In this document: positions 56,493-64,000 of the stretch, one piece after another
How the letters are laid out: every line of letters begins with the position of its first letter
Position numbering within the stretch: the stretch's first letter is position 1
From: Craspedostauros australis
Taxonomy: Eukaryota
Length of the DNA stretch: 64,000 nucleotides
Assembly: GCA_030167865.1 (NCBI GenBank)
Contig: JALAGF010005512.1
Location: 1 to 64,000, forward strand
Direction of reading: 5' to 3'
Position numbers and translations under genes: made by a program
Notes under the pieces: model-generated
Told to the model about the DNA's origin: nothing
Database searches by the model: none
What the model saw: the letters and a program-made list of their open reading frames with translations, nothing else

Positions 56493-58571
56493 ATGGAGCA
56501 CAGCAACGAACAGATGACAGACACCAAGATGGAGGCAACGATGGAGGCAACGATGGAGTCCACCACAGCCACTGGTCACAGTGACAGTAGGACCAGACCG
56601 CTCCATGAACAGCAGCAGCAGCACCGCAACACAGCGGGTGATGATCCCTCAATCCTGCTTGGACAACCACAGTCAGCCGTGCATGCTCATTTGCACCACG
56701 AGGTGCAGCAGCAACACCAAGAGAGGCCGCAGGAGTGTCTCAGCGACGAGAAACAGCGAAAACTGCGCGAGTTGTATTCGAGGCCATCTTCTGGAGGGCA
56801 AGCACGCGGAGATCCGCACGACTACAGCACCAACACACACACTCATAGGCACGACTACAGGCACGATCACAGCCATGACTACAGTCATGACTACAGTCAT
56901 CAATACCAACAGCAACACCAAACACAACACCAGCACATGGGCATGGGCATGGACATGGAGAGTCGTGGAGAAAGCAAGCGACGGGAGAGCCTGGGTGCTT
57001 GCTCCACCTCATCAACCGCCTCTTCCGAGGCCTCCGTGATGACAGAGCCAATGTCCAACACCACTGACACGAGGATCGAGAAGAAGCGACGGCACCACCG
57101 CTTCCTCAAGCTGACGCACGTCCTGCTCAAGGTGCTGGAACGCAGGGACAGGGACACCCACATCAAAGCAAAGGCCATCATCGACGACTGCCAAGCTCGC
57201 AAACGCGCCAAGGAACCAGGCTTCGAGAGCTTGGGAGAGAGCATCAAGGCGCCTCTGCGATCCCTCGTCAACAGAGCGCATTGGAAGGAGGCCACCAGGA
57301 TCATCGGCTTCAAGCGCCAGGAACGCGCCTTCCGCACCAGGCGGTCGTCGACCAAGAGGGCTTTCGTGGAGGCACAGACCGCGTTGGACCCAATCCCCAT
57401 GGACGTTGCTTCCTCTCAGGCAGCAAACTACGTCACGCAGGAAACAGCTGCCTTCCTGGGACACCTTGCTGGTCGCGATCAGATGCACACCTCGCAACCT
57501 ATCGTCCATCAGAACACGAGCAATCATCAACCAATGCAGCAACAGTACCAACAGAAGCAACAGAAGCAACAGTTCGATCACCAAGCAGACGCCCTGCTGG
57601 TCAAGCAACAGCAGAAGAAGCAGAAGCAAAAGTTCTGGCTGCTGCTGCGCGTTCTCATGAAGTACCTGGAGAAGAAGGACAAGGCCCTTCACCTGAAGGC
57701 CAGGAGCGTAATGGATGACTGCATTGAGCGCAACAAGCACAACGAGCCGGGTTACAGCAGCCTCACCAGTATCACGCGTCAACGAATGCGCGATCTCGTT
57801 GACCCCGTCTACTGGAATCGTGCGGAATGCTACCTCGGCGGAGTCCTTGCCAAGAAGGATGCCAAGTCGAGGCGCAGCAGCCGAAGCAGCAGCACCGCCA
57901 ACAACAGCCACAGCAGTAACAGCAACGTTGTGGACAACAACGTTGTGGACAGCAAAAGTCGCCCTGATAACCGCAAGCGACGCATCTCCAGCATCCCAAT
58001 GGAGACCAACGATACGGACAACTATCCATCACGAGCTCAGCCTCAACGACAAACGCAACACCAAACGGGAACACCTTCTGTGACTGCAAAACTCGGTGCG
58101 ACTTTGGTCGTGTCAAATGAGCAACAGCCATTTCAAGTCCCTTCATCGTCTGTTGCGTTCACGCAGCAGCTCGAGCCTCCATCAACCGTCACACCAGCGG
58201 ACAGCCCAAAGTGCACGCGCAGAGACGCGGTTAGTTTGATGCAGTTCGATGAGCTGGACCCGTTCCCGATCTACCACACCATGACCGCCAATCCGCTGCA
58301 AGAGATGCCCATGCCTGACAAGGTGTGGAGTATTCCATCACCGGTCAACACCATGGACACCGCAAGTCAATCATCGCCACTGGTGCATTCGTCGCTCGAC
58401 AAGGCCAGCGTGCACAGCGCCAGCAGCAGCTGCAGTTCCAACAACAGCAGGAGCAGCACAGGTTACGTTCGATCTCGCACCTCGCGGCATTCTCGGGAGG
58501 CGCGCAAGGACAGGTTCTTCCTGGATGATGCCTCCATCACGCACCACTCACTCAAGCGCGTTCGATACTAG
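56493..58571 (+). CDS. Uncharacterised Q/H/S-rich protein, 692 aa, with two copies of a ~70-aa helical domain
   Basis: Repeat 1 FLKLTHVLLKVLERRD..C..EPGFESL..LRSLV..HWKEA aligns with repeat 2 FWLLLRVLMKYLEKKD..C..EPGYSSL..MRDLV..YWNRA. Confidence 0.85.
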   Translation: MEHSNEQMTDTKMEATMEATMESTTATGHSDSRTRPLHEQQQQHRNTAGDDPSILLGQPQSAVHAHLHHEVQQQHQERPQECLSDEKQRKLRELYSRPSSGGQARGDPHDYSTNTHTHRHDYRHDHSHDYSHDYSHQYQQQHQTQHQHMGMGMDMESRGESKRRESLGACSTSSTASSEASVMTEPMSNTTDTRIEKKRRHHRFLKLTHVLLKVLERRDRDTHIKAKAIIDDCQARKRAKEPGFESLGESIKAPLRSLVNRAHWKEATRIIGFKRQERAFRTRRSSTKRAFVEAQTALDPIPMDVASSQAANYVTQETAAFLGHLAGRDQMHTSQPIVHQNTSNHQPMQQQYQQKQQKQQFDHQADALLVKQQQKKQKQKFWLLLRVLMKYLEKKDKALHLKARSVMDDCIERNKHNEPGYSSLTSITRQRMRDLVDPVYWNRAECYLGGVLAKKDAKSRRSSRSSSTANNSHSSNSNVVDNNVVDSKSRPDNRKRRISSIPMETNDTDNYPSRAQPQRQTQHQTGTPSVTAKLGATLVVSNEQQPFQVPSSSVAFTQQLEPPSTVTPADSPKCTRRDAVSLMQFDELDPFPIYHTMTANPLQEMPMPDKVWSIPSPVNTMDTASQSSPLVHSSLDKASVHSASSSCSSNNSRSSTGYVRSRTSRHSREARKDRFFLDDASITHHSLKRVRY

Positions 58572-60392
58572 AGCGTACGCCACAGTGAAGTGAAGAATAG
58601 CAGAGTACATTGGAATGCATTGGGACAGGTTACTGCAAGGCCATACGTAATCTTAGATCGTGCCAAGTTTGCAAGATCGAACTACTGGTACCATACGCAT
58701 TCGCGTCCTTCCCACTCGCTCCTCCGCCACGAGGCAAAAATAGCGCACACTCTTTTGGCGCTGCCCAGAGATCGTATTTCGCTTTGATTCTCAATTGTGC
58801 CATGGCTCTATTCTCCAATCGGATCATGTAGGACCATACGATTAGGCATCATTTACTGTTGTCCAAAGTATGGTACCAGAGGCTTATTGGAACATGTGGC
58901 AAACGGCAACGCTGCAGCGCACATTCAGGCACATGCCATACGACTACACACATTCGCACACATCAAACGGACACATGCGATCTACTCGTGTTGGTACATC
59001 TGTTCTCCTATTCTCCTTTCTTGAATGAGCAGTGATCCAGGCGGGCTCATTCTTGTTCCCCCATTCCGCCTGAGCGCTCTCCGAAGCACTCGACGCATCG
59101 ACTGGAGCACTCCACGATGAACGATTGTTGCTGCCCCGGGCGTCGTTACCAATACCTGTACCTACAACAACAACAACAACAAGTCTTGAACCCACACGCC
59201 TCCTTCTCGAAGATGCCTTCGGCCATGTGTGCATCCGTGCGAGCGATGACCTGCATGCGTACAGTGAAAGCTGTCACGATCTATGGCATTGCTCCCTCCC
59301 TCCATTCTGCTCTATCCTATTCGTAGTAGTATTGCCGGCGAGATGAGCCACGGAAAGAACAACTCCACGGCAATCTCCATTCCATGGAGTGAAGTGCGGA
59401 GGCGGTTTCGGAACTTCAATCGCCAGATTTTCGCAGCGTGGGCAGCATTGCGGCGGCGCCTCTTCACGACCACAGGACCACCACAACCAAGACATGATCC
59501 TACCAGAGTGTTCCCTCTGTTCGTTTTTGTGACCACTCATGCGGGCACAGGCCCATCTGCGTCACGGAGATCTCGCTGCCTTTTCTGACTTCGACAACGC
59601 GGATGAAAATGCGGAAACAACCTCACGAGTTTGGGAACACCTCTCTTCACGCACGATCACATTTTCCGCCGATCTTGACTGACAACAGAAACGCACGACC
59701 CAATCTTGCTTGCGCAGTGTCCACCAGTCACCGCAACGATCTTGGGTATCGCGTCTGTGCGTCGCACCGATACAGAAATGGAGATTGCTCTTTCTCGTCT
59801 GTCAGTCAACCTCACCAACCAATCGACAAATTCGATCATGTCCGTGATTCCGACTTGATCGATCAAAAGTGCGGCCATGGCAGAATGGCAGAACGATAAA
59901 TCCCACAGCGGCACGAACACGGCAAACAGCGAACGATCCTCACGTGAACTCGCGCCACACGATCCTCTCTGTGCGTGTCTCCGTGACCGTGTTGGATCTG
60001 CGGGGGAATCCTTTGACGAACCAACAAACAGGAAGACAGCACGAAGACAGGCGGAGACACACCTCTATTGGTTAGCATTCGACGAGGATTGCCGCCGGTT
60101 CCGCAATTCGCAACCAGCTTTGAACGAAGAGAGAACTGCGCAAACACACCTCCATCCAACATTTCAACTGCGGTGTTGAGGACCCTGATCCGTGAACTTG
60201 GTGATCCTGATACAAAGGCTCCAACAGAGGCACCAAGGAGATCTAAAAGGCGAAGGCTTTCCAAAGCACACATCACTCGCACGCTCATTGGACAGGCAAG
60301 GTCCACTTGAGGTTCTCGTCGGCAAACAGTCGCACCGAGAGACCGAGTCTGCACTCTCCAACAACAGAGGAAAGCAAAGGAAAGGAAGCAAG

Positions 60393-61692
60393 ATGGGGCG
60401 ATCAATGGTATCGGCGGTCATTCTCGCCATTTGTTGCGCGATGGCGCAGGCGTATCCAGTCATCATTGAGATCCCAGAATCGACAGAAAAGGTGGGTCAG
60501 CATGCAAATCAGCATGCAAATCATCTCGCAAATGGGCAAGCACATGCATCTGAGTCGATGATGCTTCATTGGAGTTTTGATACAGCAGAAGGCTGGGCAT
60601 TCTGACCTGTCAGGTGGAGGCTTTGAGAATGTTTGCTTTCTCGTCTGTGGGTACCACTGCAGCCACCAAGATAGCCACATGGCGACAGCACAGGGTGTAC
60701 AATACAAGGGCTATCAAACTCTTGTGTACGCAGGCCACACAAGGAGGTGGAGATTGACTTGTATTGCGCATGAAATATCATGGAGCACCCATTTGCCGCA
60801 CGCAGTTCAACTGCTCTTCGTTCTTGGCCAATACCACCTGCTTCTATTCCATTATGCGGCAACAAAACACGTTCCATTCACTCAAATCTCACCCAAATCT
60901 CCCACCTACTCCATTGTTCAGTGCATTAACTTCAATATCCCGGAGGACGATGATGCGCACATGGCGTTCTTCGCCATGGCAACCCCGATCGATGAAAACT
61001 CGGACATCGACTGGACGCCGAAGGCTCGCAAGATCGAGGACTACTTCGTCGGCGCGATGGACAAGCTCACGGCAGTGCGTGCAGATGACGACAGGACGAT
61101 GCCGACCAAATTCCCAGACTCGACACCGCAGGAAATCAGTGACCTGGTGGATGAATTCCTCGCCGACGTCGGGGGCAACAAGGACACCGACTGCCGCGTC
61201 TCCATCACCAATCCGGAGACATTCGATCGGCTAACGAAGAACTTGAGGTATTACGAGCTCTTGGTCATCAACCACGTGCGTGAGAGCGCGAGGCGTCATC
61301 CAGGGACCGACGAATCATCGCCGCTGGCGGGATACACCCTGTGCTTCCAAAACGATCACGAGCAGGAGGAGATCTTCGTGATGATGGAGACCGTCGTGGT
61401 CAGCGAAGAAAAGGAGGATCACAGCAAGGCAAAGACGAACAAGAAGGTCTTCAAGAAGGAACATCTAACGCCGTTGGCGGAGGAGCTGTCGGAGAGCCTC
61501 GAGGCCGCGCAGACTGTGCTGCATGAGATGAAGTACATGGAGAAGAGGGAGGCGCGCATGCGAATCACGTCCGACAGCGTCAACAGCCGGGTGCAGTACC
61601 TCTCCTACAACTCCATCGCCGTGCTTTTGGGCGTCACGTACATCCAGGTCACCTACCTCAAGCGATACTTCCGCAAGAAGAAGCTGCTGTAA
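60393..61692 (+). CDS. p24/TMED (emp24/gp25L) cargo receptor; exons 60393-60491 and 60922-61692; about 289 aa
   Basis: Signal peptide, EKCINF, YTLCFQN, coiled coil EMKYMEKREARMR, TM helix, and tail YLKRYFRKKKLL with a dilysine motif. Phase-0 intron. Confidence 0.9.
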
Positions 61693-63823
61693 ACCATCTC
61701 TCGATGGTGCATGCAGATACTCTAGACAGAGCAGCAGCGTACCCGTACTTTTCTTGAATCAAATAGCGTGAATATGCAAAGAACGCGTCTACTCCCTTGA
61801 CTACGATTACGATCCTGTTGCGTGGACTGCATCACTGGTCGCACCAAGACGCAGTGAAATGTTTTGTGCTGTTGAATCCTCCCAATGGCGTTGCACTGTC
61901 AAACCACAATACTACCTGGTTATGAGTGCGCTTGTTCTGCTTTGACACTTGGGCCGATTGATAGGAGGTGCCGTAGCTGTGGACGTATGGTCTTAGTACA
62001 GCTCAACACACCTCCATTGATGCGAGAGAACACGAGCGCAAGCAATACTAATGGCAGTAGTGTTGTTGCCAGAAGCGTGGCACTTCATCAACCTGTGCGG
62101 CTGTGTGAACCTGATATGCGTACAACATCCTGCACACGTTTGAATGTTGTCGTTGCTATGAGTATGCATGAGATAGCGTGGCATGGGACGGGCCTGAACA
62201 TTGCATTGCACTCCATCAGGAATGGTCTCGTGCATTCTATTGCACGGGCCGAAGAGGGTGCAACAAAGTGGTGCATTATGCTCGCATGCATGGCATCATC
62301 TCCTGAGCTCCCCAAATTGGTACGATTGCAAGCGCGGCACTCTATTAATCCCCCCTCCCCCAATCCTCAGCTATTCGGTTCTCATTGCACGCGACAGCGC
62401 AAGCGCGACTGTCCTCTGGTACCTATGATACGAGCTACGATACAAATCTTCCACGATACAGAGTCCAAGCTGCGCCCTGTGGCATTCCACTGCCCGTGGG
62501 AGTGCATCTCCGCAAACTCACATACCCGCGTATGGTCGCATTTTGCGAACACGCGGCATTGCACTACCCGTGTACTACTCTTACCCTACGCGCAACCACG
62601 CGAGATTCGATTCCAGAAGGTGCTTCCATTTCAAACCGAAGCACATCAATGCTGGGCAAGAGTCACAACATAGACGACACACAACGAACAGAACACAGTG
62701 TCATCAACGCGAAAGAAGGACCGCATCAATGCGTGGCAACTCGCATTCGCCTTCACGTCGTACTCATTGGCGTCATCATCCACTGCAGCGATGCAAGATT
62801 CAAACTCGTCATGGTGTTGTTGAGATAACTCTACATACACGTATGGTATGATTATACTCCTCCCCACCCGATGTGGTCGTCCGAGGATGGAACTGAGGAG
62901 TTGCATCTGTTGCTTTGAAAGGACAGCGACGTCTCATGACGACATCCGACAACACATCACGAAATTCCAAACGACACCCAGATCTCGTTCGGAGGCTCGT
63001 CCGGCTTGTGAAACGCCGAAAATCAGGGAAGTTGAGTTATGGCGTGGTAGAAAACTAACGTGTGTGTCGCCTTTTGGCGGGTGCGACACGCCAGCCGCTC
63101 CGTATTATGAAAAATGGAGCGATGCAGCACATGTCATGAGACGTTAGATTGGGTAATTCAACATTAGTACACGAATACAACATAAATGTCCCAACCGACG
63201 CCGATGAAGTTTCCCAGCCAAAACCAACGAATCCTGTCTCAAGTTGTGTGAGCGCTGTTCTGTCACCACTGATGCGTTCATCAAAGAGGCGTGCACCTAC
63301 CACTACTCTGACTGTGCGCAGATACACAGACACACAGAGACGCAGGGACACAGCAACGGAGTGCAAAGTGTCTCCATCTCTCCATCCACATCAAGAGCAA
63401 CAGTAACGGTGAGAGTGACTTCGTGAAAACGGCTTGTCGGAACATAGCTATCATCATTATCACGACCAGCGTCATCAACGAGGACAAGGACAGAGGACTC
63501 CTGATTTGAACTCTCGCACGCTCAACCTACTGCTGGTACCATTAATCGATCAGCGCTCTACCAGCCAGCTACCGACATTCCAAAAGACAACTGAGGAGAG
63601 CGGGAGAGTGGAGGACAGCTGACTCAGGTGCTACACTGCTCATACAAACGAGAAGCACAGTGGCTCAGGACCTCGCCTTGGTGCTCACAGGGTGCAGGAC
63701 TTGCAAAAACCGCAGATTTCATTGTCGAAGCGACGGTGGTGACGAGACCGAAGATCGGAAGAGTCAAGCGTTGAAATCAGCTTCATCCGCACGACCGTCG
63801 ACGTCGACACCGAGACTTGCACC

Positions 63824-64000
63824 ATGAGGATACTTCCCGGTGCTATCCTGGTGATGGCGGCGACAGCATCAGGCAACGACCCGAGCGTGATGCGTCGAAG
63901 GCGACATGAGACGCCAGCCTTCGAAGGCCGTGATTCTGCAATCGAATCCTCCGAGAGACGGCTTTCCTTGTCTGTCGCCACTCAGACTAACAGTTCAGGC
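63824..64000 (+). CDS. Possible 5' end of a secreted protein, truncated by the window edge
   Basis: accATG starts a frame open to the end: MRILPGAILVMAATASG-NDPSVMRRRRHETPAFEGRDSAIESSERRLSL. Looks like a signal peptide followed by an RRL motif. Confidence 0.4.
   Translation, partial: MRILPGAILVMAATASGNDPSVMRRRRHETPAFEGRDSAIESSERRLSLSVATQTNSSG

Noticed and set aside
60577..60921. First 115 aa of the 371-aa ORF
   Set aside because: Intronic. The real N-terminus with the signal peptide is exon 60393-60491.
61885..62673. 262-aa ORF downstream of p24
   Set aside because: Random-looking composition and no motifs. A degenerate element cannot be excluded, but nothing supports it.

Overview
Eukaryotic nuclear DNA, most likely from a diatom (inferred from GT-AG introns, CA-rich leaders and protein families I associate with diatoms). 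I can support about 15 protein-coding genes plus one partial gene at the right edge; exon junctions were reconstructed by hand. Recognisable genes: pirin, an ABHD11-like hydrolase, an atypical E2F (E2F7/8-DEL type), fumarase and ornithine aminotransferase head-to-head, EMC4 (with an 11-nt first coding exon), CK2 beta, a POT/NPF transporter and a p24/TMED protein. Less understood genes: a 3476-aa single-ORF protein (LRR head, ~700-residue charged helix, acidic linker, two DUF6824-like domains), two paralogous RI-type LRR genes, a secreted protein with a duplicated Cys-repeat module, a probable transglutaminase-fold pseudoenzyme, and a protein with two copies of a small helical domain. I saw no rRNA, tRNA, CRISPR array or intact transposon. 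No database search was run, so all family calls rest on motif recognition.
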